From NCBI RefSeq assembly GCF_022045235.1, contig NW_027266319.1, forward strand, positions 12,090,001 to 12,154,000: a stretch of 64,000 nt of DNA, given 5' to 3'. The position numbers and the translations under genes are program-made. A model generated the notes under the pieces. That model saw only the letters and a program-made list of their open reading frames with translations. It did not search any database and was not told the origin of the DNA. This DNA is from Haliotis cracherodii. Its lineage: Eukaryota. Shown one piece after another: positions 49,489-63,532 of this stretch (within the stretch, counting starts at the first letter, position 1; each line of letters opens with the position of its first letter).

Positions 49489-50805
49489 ATCTTTGGAATG
49501 TTTTATGATAATTGTGTAAAAAAGAAAATAATTTATTTTTTATTGTTGTTGAAATGTTGCCGTTTTAAATCTTATCATATTTAATAGCTAATCATCACCA
49601 AGAAAGTCCACCTTACTATCTCAGGTCACGTGCACCCATTGCACCCGACGTGGAGAATGTCAGACCTATAAAGAGTAGTAATGAAATGATGGATAGTGTT
49701 GGACACCAAGGGAATCCTATACAATCGTTCAGCGAAGGACGTGTGGGTGATCCTAATAGGCAGCCAAGTACACTTACTGCACCTCAGCCTCGCTGGTCTA
49801 ACCATCACGTACCCAATGACAACTCTCCTGATCCATCTACAAAGAGGAGTGAAATATATTGGCATATGATAAACATGGGCACAAATCTCTTGCTAAACCT
49901 GAACAAATATTGTCTTCAGCAACCCATACTTGCTGTAAAGGCGACTATGCTTGTCGTAAAAGGCGACTAACGGGATCGGGTAGTCAGGCTCGCTGACTTG
50001 GTTGATACATGTCATCGATCCCAATTGCGTGGATCGATGCTCATGATATTAATCACTGAATTATCTGGTCCAGACTCGATTATTTACAGACCGCCGTCAT
50101 ATAGCTGCAATATTGCTGACCAAACCAACCAACCAACCAAGCATGATGAAAATCCTTTTGACATGGTTTGAATTCCGAAAAATAAAATAACATTATTTGT
50201 CAAACAGTGACAAGACTGGCACGCTTATCTACTATTTCATTACCATCCGTGTCTGCCGGGATACATACAAAATCACATGATATACTAGTATATTTAGAAT
50301 CGAGATAATTGCCTATACTCTAGATGTCATGCAAACTTTCACTTTTCGATGCAGTTGCCCCAAACTCAATAGCACGTGCAGCTTCCATCAAGTCAGTAAA
50401 AAGGATTGATCAAGACGAGGCCTATTTGTGCACAGAGCATTCTTCTGATCACAATTCCAATTTTCACCTTTGATCCAAATTTGTTTGATATCATATGCTG
50501 GCTACATAGGCGCTAAAACACTTATACAGGGACGAGGGTTGGGCTTATTGGAAGTTCTGGCAAATTTGATTCAATTCCTTCAAACACTGCTTTGATTATC
50601 GGCCTCAAAGTTTTCTTTTGTAGTCCAGCAGCCCCACTTTAACACAGACAATTTCTTTTGTTTCATTCATGCCACTAATTACAATGGCTGAAGCTTGACT
50701 GATATGAGTTCTAGGCCATAGATCGCAGTTTCCCTTTAAAATTGATAGGGTTTCGGAGGGTCAACTTGAAAAAAAGGTTTCCAAGGGAATTTTGGGGATA
50801 ATATA

Positions 50806-52245
50806 TACTCACACGCAAAAGAAACGCAAGTCAAGTATGCAGTATACATGTTATTTATTTTCAACAGTAAAGACAAGAAATACTAATAGGGCAAGATTGA
50901 AAAAATTTGACTGAAGACAGTTTAATGGATTAAAAGACATAATCGGGTTTTTCTTAAAATGTTAAGGGCTTACACAGTTTCGGGTCAATACCCAAAACGT
51001 CAGTCAATACCTGGTGTGACCACCATTAGCATTGATCACTGCCACACATAACCTGTACATTGAGTGGATCAGACGATTTGTGAAGGCCCTAGGGATCCTC
51101 CTGCATATATCCAGAGCAGCTGTGCGTAGTTCATCGGCAGTTGTAGGGACTGGGCGCATATTGTGCAGACGACTTTGAACCTCATCCCAACAGTGTTCCA
51201 TGGGGTTCAGATCAGGGCTGAGGGTTGGCCACGGTAGAACACGGATGTTGTGTTTTTGCAGAAAGGTCATGGTAGCTCTGGCAACATGGGGACGAGCGTT
51301 GTCCTGCTGGAAAATGTGTTGTTGATGTTGTGCAAAAAGTGGAACAACCTGGGGTCTGATCACTTGGTCGATATACCACTGAGCAGTGACGCCGTGGCCC
51401 CGACCTTGACCAACATTCAGAAGTCACATGGGTCCAAGTCTCGCATTAAGTCCAATCCCTGCCCATATCATGACGCTAGGTCCACCCCATGGATCCCTTT
51501 CCACAACGTTTCTCTCAGCGAAACGATCACCTCGACGCCGCCAAATTCTGACTCTTCCGTCTGCATGGGAGACACAAAAGCGACTTTCATCAGAGAAGAT
51601 GACACGCCTGGAGAACAGGACGACGTGCTGGTCGGCGACATCTGAGGTTGTTGGAACGGAGACGTCGGATCACAGTGTCCCGGCTAATGTGTCGATTATG
51701 TGTTCCTATGGTCTGTCGAGCACTTTCACTTGCAGCTAGGAACGGATGTCGCTAGTGTTGACGGGTAATCTGCCGATCATGTCGAGGTGTAGTGACCCTA
51801 GGACCACTGCTCCGAGGAAGGTCATCTGTGGCCTGTGTAGCATTGTATCGATGCAGGAGACGGTAAATTGTGGGTATGTTAACGTTGAAACGTTCCAAAC
51901 GTCCGATAGCCTGGTTTCTCTGAATTTGAGTTAGGCGTGGCACTGTTGACCAAGGAGTGGTTGGTCCAAGAATCGGCAACAGTTCTATACCCAATACAGT
52001 TCGTGACAGTTCGTGCATTTTCGATTTCGCGAGAAATGGGTGCATGATAGCCACATATTCATTGAAATGGTGCGTTTTGGAGATTCGTTTTTTATGTTGC
52101 GTTTTTACTCGGGGCTTCCAAAATGCAACCAAAATATTGATAACACCATCAGGCTTCACTACATGCTAAAACTCGTATCAATTTATGGTTCCGTGTTTGT
52201 TACCTATTAGCTTAAAGCAACTTGCGTTTCTTTTGCGTGTGAGTA
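50806..52245 (-). mobile_element. Tc1 family B copy with both TIRs; internal deletions
   Basis: Same TIRs and TA flanks; FQQDNARPH...SPDLNPMEHCWD...GGHTRY in ORF 51,004-51,363. Confidence 0.93.
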
Positions 52246-55060
52246 TACAATAATATGTTTTCATCTGTACAATTATATTTCTTGTTTTCTTTTTCTGTCG
52301 ATCTGCTGAATTCAATGCCTGTTTATGGCTGGAAATGTGAGTGAGTAAAAATTGTACATCGCATCGGCAATATTGCCGCCATATCGTGATGAGAACAAGG
52401 TAGTTACACAAATTAAAATGAGTCAGTGAGTTACAATTTTAAGTCATATCGGCAATATTTTAGCCAAATCGTGACTATCACGGGTTAAACAAAATCAAAA
52501 CATTGAGACTTTTATAAAATCCTGCTAACGAAGGACAGTTAAATAACTAGACATATCACAGAAAACGATTTGAAATAAAATGGACAGCGCTGTACATAGA
52601 AATACGTGATAAAACGGACTATAGATCGCCAGCAATTGAAGGTAGATCACCATACTGGGAACCATGGGGACTTACAGTACTTTTGCTACCTGCATGGACC
52701 CCACCAGCAACACCACATCGTCTTCAAACAGGTATCATTAATGGCAGTTCTCCAATTCTTAATAAAGTCGTCTATATATTCACGAACCGTGAATGTATAT
52801 AAATAATACTCAAATGCTAGAAGTGATTTATATTCTTGATACAGACATACTAGTAGTTTATTTGATTTACCAAAAAATGGAATGCAGCTCTTAATCTATG
52901 TACAAAGTGTATTTAAAATAATATTATCACCAATTTCTCGTGTGATTCATTCAAGGTCATAACTTAAATAATCTTTTTACATTTGAAACCCACGTTGCGC
53001 GATTACATTGATCTAAAGATCCACATAGCAGATAACATTATATGTCTGTTATTAGACACTGACAACAATTTCAACCAACAATCTCTTGTGATAGTCAGCA
53101 AAACAACCGTATCTACCACATTCACCAAGTACAGCCCAATGTTTACCTACACCTTTAGCATACTTGAAAACTTTTATAAGAAAACACTCGATATATTCTA
53201 GAATATCACCGCTTCACAAGTATGCAATACAATTTATTTAATATGTGTATCAACATTTTGTAACAGATGGTGAAACATTCTGTAACTTGAAGTGTAACTG
53301 TTTAACATGACCTCCAACTTAATTAGCTTTAAGAATAAGACCATATTTATAAAACCTATTTGAGGACAGCAACTCAAGATAATTATAGTACGTAGATCTT
53401 TTTACATGTTCATTTCCACACATCCATTTTGCACTGCTTCCAAGTGTACCACCATTCCGAAAAGTAAGATTTCTGTCTTATCTACATTAATTTGTAAGCC
53501 CCATCTAATCCTAATTTCTTTGAGAACATTGCATTTCTATATTATACCAATAACTGTCATCAAAGGGTCTTCTGCATATAACAATAACAATATATCTAGT
53601 TTGTTTCGGTTTGTTTGTTGTTTAACGCCGCACTCAGCAATATTACAGCTATATGACGGCGGTCTGTAAATAATCGAGTCTGTACCAGACAATCCAGTGA
53701 TTGAAATCAAGAGCATCGATCCACGCAATTGGGATACGATGACATTCATCAACCAATTCAGCGAGCCTGACCACCCGTTCCTGTTAGTCGCCTTTCACGG
53801 CAAGCATAGGTTGCTGAAGACCTATTCTACCCAGGATCTTCACAACTTTTGAAGATACTTTTGAGATACAATCGAGCATGCTCTTTCTACTAAGATTTCA
53901 AAGATCGTCATACAACTCTTGCTCAGAAGTTGTTTTACCAAGGTTACACCATTCAAGGCCTGAAAAAGCTTTAAAAAAAATTGGTATGGTGGACGCAAAT
54001 TTAACGCATAGATGAAAAAATATGTCCGATGCAATTCCTTATTTTCATTTGTAGCAAATCCTCGCGTTTTGTTTTTCCGGTGAACAATTGACTTGCCTTT
54101 TCAGGTGTTTTTGACGGTTGCCAGCGACAACAGTATGCTTACCCTTTCGCGAACAACTGGTATCCTCACAAATTCATAGTGATTCATGAACACATGTACA
54201 CCACACACTAGCAGTCGGATTCTCTCACAGTCGACTATGTTTTTGACAGAATTTTTTCTTATGAATATGGAAAGGATTTTGTCGCTTTCATAAAATACAA
54301 TTTAATCTCCAAAATGAAAAATAACCTTTCCTCCTGTGACATGCAGTTCAAAGAGGCTACATGGTCACTTAATGAGTTTCACCAAGCTAAAAAGAAAACA
54401 GTCACATGATAAACACCTTTAACACCTAATCCAGAACAAGCCAATATTTAGTTTTACTAAACCAGAATAAGTTTCAGCAGGCGATAAAAACTACAAGTTG
54501 AAATACCTCACGAATGTACTAGACCTGAATGTCAACATAGTTGACATGACAACCAAACTGCAAAATAACTGCAAAACACTACCACCAACACAACATCATT
54601 TTTATATTGCTTCAGACCTTTATACTTTATATTTCAGTTTCACGAAACAATTTAGTGAGTTGTGACGCTACTTAAACAGCATTTGTGTTATATAACTGTG
54701 TCAGCTTAATATGGGGAAAATGCCTGCTGTGGTAATGGTCGAAGACGTTTACCACTTTGGTGAAATCCACGAACATGCTGATGCTGACAGACCTAGAAAC
54801 CTAATGCGTGATTCAAACCCACAATCATATATTTCTGGTGTGTCCATGGAAAGCAACTCGACACAGCAAATACCGGCGCCTTAGACGACTGTGTCCCTCA
54901 GGCCACCACGAAACAAACAACCCCATTACCCAATGACACCAATAAGTAAGGATGTTTCTGATAATACAACGAAACCTTTAATACTTGATGCAAAATCGCT
55001 CTGCTATACAATCACTGATGATTAAAACGCTGTGATCTGATACTGACGACGATATATAAT

Positions 55061-57311
55061 TGTATACAATTTTGCAGAAAATACAAACCTCATAAAGACC
55101 CTGATTTGGTTTTAGAAAGCACTCCTATTAAAGGTGTAAAAGAGGTTCTTGGGTATTATTGTTTATCTCCATTTAACCTTTTTACCACACATAAAACATT
55201 TGAAAAATAAATGCCTGAAGGCACTTGACCTTCTGAAAGTCGTTTCAAGTTCAAAGTGTACAGGGCACTCACTTATACGCTCTAAACTGGATTATGGCTT
55301 CATCATCTATGGGGGACTCTGTAAAAGTAATTTAAAAGTATTAGATAGTATTCATCAGGCTTTGCCTCGGAGCCTTCAGAACATTCCCTCTTAATAGCCT
55401 GTATGTGGAAGCTGATGACCCATCGCTAAAAACAACGTTGCATTAAATCATCTTTACAGTATATTTCTAAACTGCATTCTGATCATTCTAATCCAGCCTA
55501 CGAATGTGTTTTTAATCCTCCATATAAAGAACAAAAATACATCTCTTACTTCACCCCTAGGAATCAGAATACAATCTCATATTTCTGCTTCTCAAATTAA
55601 TCTTGAAAATATAGCCCCAGCCAAACTCCTGTCTTCACCACCATGGCAGTTGGTAAAGCCAGTAGTGGATACAACATTAATTAAACTAAAGAAATCTGAT
55701 ACAAATCAACTAATTTATCAACAACAATACAATGAATTACGAAGCACATATGATGCTTACAAATCTATATTTACAGATGGATCCAAGGATGGTGACGCAG
55801 TTGCCAGTGCCACCTTCATTGGATCCAGGACTATTTCGTCAAGACTACCGGATAATTGTTCCATTTTTACAGCTGAATCACATACTTTATCAACAACACT
55901 AGAGTACATTTGTAAACAATCGAAACATAAACAATTTATTATAGTTTCAGATTCTTTATCCTGTCTTCAGACAATACAAAATCAGTCTTGCAAACATCCA
56001 CTTTTAATCGAAATCCTTGAATTATATAATGATCTTGCTACTGGCCAATACGACATCGTCTTTCGTTGGTTACCCAGCCATGTTGGAGTCATTGGTAACA
56101 CAATGATCGATGCGTCTGCAAAAGCACCTCTTTACACATCCGTGACACCACTTTTAATTCCATACAGTGATTATAAACCTGTGATCAGATGCTACATCCG
56201 AGATCTTATGCAACAGAAATGGGACACCCAAGTAGGTATCAACAAATTACATGAAATTAAACCAAATATCGGTTACACCTACTTGGGTTGTCAGTCCAGA
56301 CTTGAAGAGGTAATTTTACGACTATGTCGTATTGGCTATAGTAGATATACTCACGAATATTTATTGAAAGGTGCAGATCGTCCATTTTGTATCCCTTGTG
56401 ATGAGAGAAAATCACGGTCAAGCATGTCCTGCTTGACTGTATTGATTTTGCCATCACAAGGGATAACTATTTCACATCATCATCTCTCAAAGATCTTTTT
56501 AATAATATTACTTCTCTTTTAATTATTGGGTTTTTAAAAGAAATAGAATTGTATAATAATTTTTGATAATGTCTTGTATAAAATAAATGATCTTTTAAAA
56601 TTGGTAGAATGAATTTATATCTGAGTTTGTTACTGACTGTATCCTCAAAAGGGGGTTGACGTAGTGAAAAATAATTGTCCCCCTGAGAGGATATCGTAAG
56701 TCCATGTCATTCAAAGAATATTTCTGCTTATTACTCCTTTAAACGTAGAATATTTGTAATTTTATTTGTTGCTAACTTTGCGTACAATCGCCAGGTGCTG
56801 AACGAATGATGTAAATCCTGCTGGGTTCCATGCAGGTTGCAAAGGTACTGTAAGTCCCCATGGTCCCCCCGACCCGTGAAGATCCGGGGTAGAATAGGTC
56901 TTCAGCAACCCATGCTTGCCGTAAAAGGCGACTAACGGGATCGGGTGGTCAGGCTCGCTGACTTGGTTGATGCATGTTATCGATCCCAATTGCGTGGATC
57001 GATGTTCATGATGTAAATCACTGGATTGTCTGGTCCAGACTCGATTATTTACAGACCGCCGTCATATAGCTGGAATATTGCTGAGTGCGGCGTAAAACAA
57101 CAACCAAACCAAACCAAAACCCCATGGTCCTCAGAATGGTGGTCTACCTTCAGTTGCTGGCGATCTAGAGCCCGTTTTTATCTTGTATTGTAACGTATAG
57201 TGCCATCCTTTTTTTATGATTCCATACTAGTTTGATATCTTTTTCTGTGAGAAGTCTAGTTATTTTACTGTCATTTGTTGGCAGGTTTTTCAAATGTTCA
57301 CTCACTCACTC
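55061..57311 (+). mobile_element. Second copy of the 5'-truncated RNase H LINE
   Basis: Nearly identical to 17,178-19,428. The RNase H frame 55,506-56,522 is open (TAT instead of TAA). Confidence 0.85.
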
Positions 57312-57799
57312 CTAACATATACGATTAAACATGGTTATTAGAAGTAGTTTTGTAAAAGCTAAATTCATTATTGCTTTAGCAAATAACAATGATGGTTCAA
57401 CATACACTCACATGAATATTCAAAGCGTTAACAAATGTGTTCCATGCAATAAGATGACATAATTATAACATAACGTGATTGTATTCATGTCTTACAATCG
57501 TACAAACCACTCTGCTTTAAGCACAGAAGTTTTGTTGCTTTTATTTACATATACAATGTCCGAACATCGATAGTGTAATGACATTCAAGTGTTATGTTGG
57601 GGCGCAGCATCAGATTGACAAAGCTATTCAGATGGTGATTGTGAAATTCAGATAATGACTAAACGGTTTCTCTTGGATACGAACAATACCTTTGTAATAC
57701 TATACATCATTTCTAATATTGAGTCTCAGCGTGTGGCCGTTTCCATTGCAGTTGTGCTGTTTCTTATTCGACGTTAACCACACTGACATAGTCTTGGAA

Positions 57800-59005
57800 A
57801 TGTTTGACTTGCACAGATGTGTCCTTATCCTTCTTCTCTGTCACCTGACAATTGGCTCTGTTTCTTACAAAGAGAAAGATTTTCTGGACAATCTCACCTT
57901 GAACTATGACCCCAAGATCCGTCCCGTGTTAGATGGTTCCAATACGATGGTGGGTATCACAATGGGATTGTCCACAATTTTATCTCTGGATGAAAAACAG
58001 GAAGTGCTCAGCTTTAAAGCATGGGTTTTAATGACATGGAAGGACCAACTTTTGGTGTGGAACATGACAGATGGCATTCCCGATACAGTGGCTATACCCT
58101 TGGTTGATGTATGGTCACCAACCATTATGAATCTTAACTCTGTGACAAACTTGAGGTATTTGAAAGATAATACGGATACTGTGCTTGTCTTTCGGGATGG
58201 AACAGTTATGTATTCCTACACAGGTAGATTTGACATTGGATGCAAGGTGAATATCCAACAGTTTCCTTTTGATCGTCAGTCATGTACTTTTCACTTGCAA
58301 ACATTCTATGCCCCTGTAACTAAGGAATATCTTCAAGTACAAGACAAGCATTTAAATCTAGAAACATATAAGGAAAGCGGAGAATTTCACCTTCTCAGTG
58401 CATCAATGGCACTACGGGAATACAAGACTCTCGGTGTGAGCAGTGACTGGATTGAAGTGACCTTAGTCCTGAAGAGACGAACTATGTTCTACATCCTAAA
58501 CAACATCCTGCCTGTTGTGTTCCTGTCCTTTCTCAACACCTTCGCCTTCCTGTTGCCCGAGGAGAGCGGAGAGAAGATATCCTTGTGTGTCTCCATCCTG
58601 TTGTCATATGCCATGTTCCTCACCCTCATCAACTCCTACCTACCAGCAAACTCCGACCACCTGTGTTTCTTTAGTGTCTATGTCAGCCTGCTCGTGTTAA
58701 TCAGTACGCTCACGTGCCTTGTCACAATCTTCATGTTCGTACTTAACACTCGTCTTCAAAGGGGCAAAGTTTGTCCAAGATGGCTGCCACTAGCTTGGGG
58801 ATCAGACAGCAAAGTTGGGACCACTGAACCACGGGTTGAGATTGAAGGCGTGGCTCCAAACCAATCAGATGATAAGGAGAAAGCAAACAAGACGACAGAC
58901 ATGAAGGATTTGATAATGACCAGGTGTAACAAGGTAGCATTTGGGACTTTCTTCACACTCACAATTCTCATTAACCTGATATATTTCATCAGCGTATCTC
59001 TATGA
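57800..59005 (+). CDS. Atypical nAChR-like Cys-loop subunit, subtype A (copy A4)
   Basis: Intact A-type ORF at offset 56,495 from A1; FPFDRQ. Track start is TTG 57719. Confidence 0.93.
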   Translation: MFDLHRCVLILLLCHLTIGSVSYKEKDFLDNLTLNYDPKIRPVLDGSNTMVGITMGLSTILSLDEKQEVLSFKAWVLMTWKDQLLVWNMTDGIPDTVAIPLVDVWSPTIMNLNSVTNLRYLKDNTDTVLVFRDGTVMYSYTGRFDIGCKVNIQQFPFDRQSCTFHLQTFYAPVTKEYLQVQDKHLNLETYKESGEFHLLSASMALREYKTLGVSSDWIEVTLVLKRRTMFYILNNILPVVFLSFLNTFAFLLPEESGEKISLCVSILLSYAMFLTLINSYLPANSDHLCFFSVYVSLLVLISTLTCLVTIFMFVLNTRLQRGKVCPRWLPLAWGSDSKVGTTEPRVEIEGVAPNQSDDKEKANKTTDMKDLIMTRCNKVAFGTFFTLTILINLIYFISVSL

Positions 59006-59467
59006 TGAACATCATTCACTGATATGGCTTAATATGAACTGTGAGGGCTAAGAAAACTAACTTTTACTACTTTTACTTTTAGCTTGTAGGCTCCTGGAGA
59101 CAACCGGGAAAAAGAATATATTCGATTGGTTGGTAGATGTATATTTTGACATATCTTGTGTGTGTTTTGAGGCATCAGTCACAATATAATAGGAGATGCC
59201 ATATTGTGACCTTTTGGTGTGAACAATTGACTTGCGTTTGATATCTTTAGAATGGAAAGAGTTTTTGCCACGTTTATTTGCATTCGTTCATCCTAACTTC
59301 ACAGTAGGGAAGGCTGGCATGATATTCGGATGATGATTATTATAATCCTACATTCAGCCGGGGAATAACACACAGTATAACATACGAGGTGAGTATTACT
59401 GATCAGGTGGGGATAGAGACCAATGACGAACTTCCATTTGAATTGTATTCAGTCAGTTTATAAATTA

Positions 59468-60694
59468 TACTCTCCAAAAAAAGAAACGCAAAATTGATAG
59501 TTTGGGTCATAAAAGCAAAATAAGCGGACCAAGAGGGGCAAAATGAAGATGTTTAATGTGTTTAGTGTCAGTGACAAATTTCCTAGATCAAAATGATCAT
59601 AACAAGGACATGCAAACCATTAGTCGTGAAACACGTACGATTCGGAAAAACGCACCAAGTGCATTAATAAAAGGGCCATGGAGCTGCACGTCCTGCAAGT
59701 GCAGCAGCACTATTAAAATGCAGGATTTTTTATTGCCTAGCATCTGCGTCAGTCGTACAGTGACACTTTTACAACATGCCAAGATTAACAGAAGTGCAAA
59801 GAAACAACGTCTTTGGTGCAGGCAGGGGAATCCAGATCAGTTGCAGCCAGGGTTTTCAATGAACAAGGCTATGAGATCGGTTTTAACAACATGGGTCAAC
59901 ACGTGATCGGCCAAGGTCGGGACGACCAAGAGTAACCACCCCCGCTCAAGATCGCTACATCTGACTGCGCTAAAGGACGACCACAGCGACCTCAACTGCA
60001 TCCCAAATACCCGGACTGCGCAGAATCTCCGACCAGACCGTACGGTACCGTTTAAGAGCAGCAGGTCTACGAGCAAGACGTCCTGTTCGACGTGTCATAT
60101 TCAGTCGACACCACTGTCAACAACAACTGCATTGGTGTCGTCAACACAGGATATGGCCTCAACTGCAATGGAGAGATGTCTGGTTCAGTGACGAATCAAG
60201 ATTTCTCCACCGTCGAGGGGATGGAAGAGCACGGGTCTATAGACGTCGGGGAGAACGTTACGCCGGAAGCTGCGTACAGGAAGTGGACAGGTTTGGTGGG
60301 GGTAGCGTCATAATGTGGGCAGAATTCTCTCATCATGGCAGGACATGTTTGGTCCATAGCCAGGGCTACACAACAACAACGTTTATGTTCTCCCCTGGCC
60401 CTCCTGATCCCCGGATTTGAACCCGATAGAGCACCTGTGGGATGAATTGGATAGACGGCTATGCCTACTTCAACAACAACCCTAGACGTTGCAGCAGTTA
60501 GCTTTAGCGTTGCAGGCCGAGTTGGCTACCATCGCCCAGGATGTGATTCGCATACTCGTCTCTTCCATGGGCAGGAGATGTCAGGCCGCTATCGATTCCA
60601 ACCGGGGACATACACGTTATTGATGGTAGTTGACCTTCACCCTGGACATTTCCTGTACCGATAACTGAGATGACTACAATCACGAAGTGTTCTC
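59468..60694 (+). mobile_element. Tc1 family A copy
   Basis: Co-duplicated copy of 2,973-4,199. Confidence 0.85.
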
Positions 60695-63532
60695 GACCCG
60701 TGAAGATCCGGGGTAGAATAGGTCTTCAGCAACCCTTGCTTGACGTAAAAGGTGACTGTGCTTGTCGTAAAAGGCGACTAACGGGATCGGGTGGTCGGGC
60801 TCGATGACTCGGTTGATGCATGTCATCGATCCCAAAGGCGTGGATGGATGCTCGTGATATTAATCACTGGATTGTCTGTTCCAGACTCGATTATTTACAG
60901 ACCGCCGTCATATAGTTGGAATATTGCTGAATGCGGCGTTAAACAACAAACCAACCAACCAAGTGTTCTCTCTACAATTTTCCCTCAATACCTTGTACAG
61001 TTCCTCGTATAAATGTATTTTCCCGACACACACAAATCTGGCTTTGCATTTATCATTTTCAAGAGTATACTTCAATCGTTCAGTCACCTTATTACATTTT
61101 TTATTTGTGTCTTTGTTACCCAGTTCTAATGTAACTAATGTATTTAACCTTGTAAGTTACTCAGTGATGATGTTGTTATTCTGTTGTTGTTTTTTTTGAC
61201 AGTTTATGATAGCTGATGGATAGTCAATTGACGATTGCTTCGATGGTGGAGTCATTTAGAGTATTTTACTTGTGTGTTTGTTACCAAGTTTTAAATTTTA
61301 CTGATTCACTTCAATTGTGATTAAGAATAAATATGCTTTTCATTATGTTCTTGTTGTTGTTATTCTATTGACAAATTGTGTTTGATAGTTTATGATAGCT
61401 GCTGAATCGGGAAACCCATATTACTGTCAGGAAAGTCCACATATATACAGATGAACATTACTCGGCACCTATCATCTGTTAGTTCGAACGATTCATTCGG
61501 AACGTTACCGTCTGATTTAACGGGTTTTCACTTGATATCACAGGCGTATGTGTGATATCCTGCGGGAATATTTCTACTGGAAGCATTAATTATTCATTGT
61601 TTTAATCCCTCAATGTAGAGCACAAGGCACAGTAACAACAAGTGCCATCTTTTAACGTCGTTTGGTATGACGTGGCCAATGGATTGAAGCACCAACCTTC
61701 TGCTTCTCTGGTCAGACGCTTTATCAACAAGGTCACGTTTTTGTTTGTTTGTTTGTTTGTCTGTTGTTTAACGCCACACTCAGCAATATTCCAGCTAAAT
61801 GACGGCGGTCTGTAAATAATCGAGTCTGGACCAGACAATCCAGTTTATTGACATCATGAGCATCGATCCACGCAATTAGGATACGATGACATGCATCAAA
61901 CAAGACAGTGAGCCTGACCACCCAATCCCGTTAGTCTCCTCTTACAGATGGTTTCAGAGTTGGGTCTATTATAAGCTCTATAGTTGGTAGTGAAATGATG
62001 TAAGTGGGTGATAATTTATGTTCTCTTTCGGGGGCACGGGTGGCCCAGTCGTCTAAGGCGCCGCGATTCTCTGTGCAGAGTTGCGTCCCTTGGGCACACC
62101 AGAAACCTATGATTGTGGGTTCGAATACCGGGTTTGTCAGCACCATACCCGTGCTCGTGGGTTTCAACGAAATGGTAAACGTCTCCCACATTAAGCTGAC
62201 ACACTGCGATATAACTGGAATAATGTTAAAAGCGGCGTTAAACCCAACTCACTCACTCACTTTGTTCTCTTCATGTTCCAAATTTCTCTGCAATGTTTAT
62301 TTATGTTATTGCTGTTACCAAAATACCAATTTCTGTTTTTCATGCACCCAGTTTCTTTTCTTTTTTTGGCTTGCACACTTACCATTGTCAAATGTATGGT
62401 AATCGTACACATAATTGTATGACATTTAAATAAGGATACTTTACAACTGTGTATTGATGCAGTACTTAAACCCGGAAAGTAACAAGTGAAGGCACATCGC
62501 TATTTGGTGTTAAAATGCCCACTGAAGAAAGGCTCAAACGGTAAGTGGCACATTAACAAGAGAAAGCAAAGAAATGTCGTCATCTCGACTTTTTCAAGAG
62601 GTATGTCGTCCGCAACCCTGTACATTTACATGTTTGAAATCGTTTTAGGGGTGGACCATTTGATTTCTAGGGGGAGGGGGGAAACGCAGTCCAGAATTTT
62701 GGGTAAATAAACAACTCAGCCTTCATCTGCTTGAGAAACAAATCTCATCCTTAATAAAAAAAAGACCGCATTAAGGCCATCCTCATCTATACAGAGTTTT
62801 CATGAGCGAAGCCACAATCGTAGACTGTATGCCCGTAGCGCTTATTTCTTCTTACTAAAAATAGTATCAATGTTAAGCATGATACCTTTGTCGTCGATCT
62901 GTGAAGACCCGGTATAGAATTGATCAAGTTGTTTTAAGATGTTATATAGTAGTAATTGGATGGTAATTTGCGTAACTTTGCCTGAAATTCGGTATTACCC
63001 CCATACTTCGGTCCTGATGACTTTGGATGAGCGTGAGGTGCAATGTCAGTACCCGAGGGACCTTGGATCTTAATTTACCGTAGTTTCTTCAGCAATCACA
63101 AAGGATATTCTTCGTTTAACAGCTTTTATTCTCTTTGTGTTGCCGGTCAACCCACTCTATTTGTCACTCAATGAAGAGACTCCGGCCGCAAGGCGTCAGT
63201 CCCTGTCAAAATGTTAAGATTGTTTCCGGGTACGAGTACAAACCATAGGCTACACAATCGTGTTCTTCTGTGGTCACCTTACCTCGTATTTATTTTAAAA
63301 CAACCAACTTCTATATTGATGACAATTATTTTTTTAATGACAAAGAAAGTATTTCTTATCATCTCAGATCGGACGATTGGCTGTAATGGCTGTATTTGTA
63401 ATGGTGTAAATTTATAAACCTCGCATTTAACCGAGTGAACCATTTAAGTATATCAACCGATGTTTCTTCTTGCGTATGTTCATTTGTCTGTATGTAGTTA
63501 GAAGATTACCGTGTTCATGAACTTTAACAATG

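Larger units (their letters stand above)
1..63235 (+). repeat. Tandem segmental-duplication array of receptor-gene units (basic A+B unit ~18.6 kb; shorter rearranged units ~4.8-8.6 kb)
   Basis: The same flanking blocks recur at offsets 18,612, 23,427 and 56,495 for A units and around each B gene. Similarity to the unit stops at ~63,235. Confidence 0.95.

Noticed and set aside
55506-56522. 338-aa RNase H ORF as a host or domesticated gene
   Set aside because: It has a GTG start, sits in a frameshifted LINE remnant, has a frameshifted C-terminus, and the sister copy has a stop.
1-63235. Whole array as an assembly artefact
   Set aside because: Units carry distinct substitutions, indels and unique junctions. 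Only the near-identical A1/A2/A4 segments leave exact copy number needing long-read confirmation.
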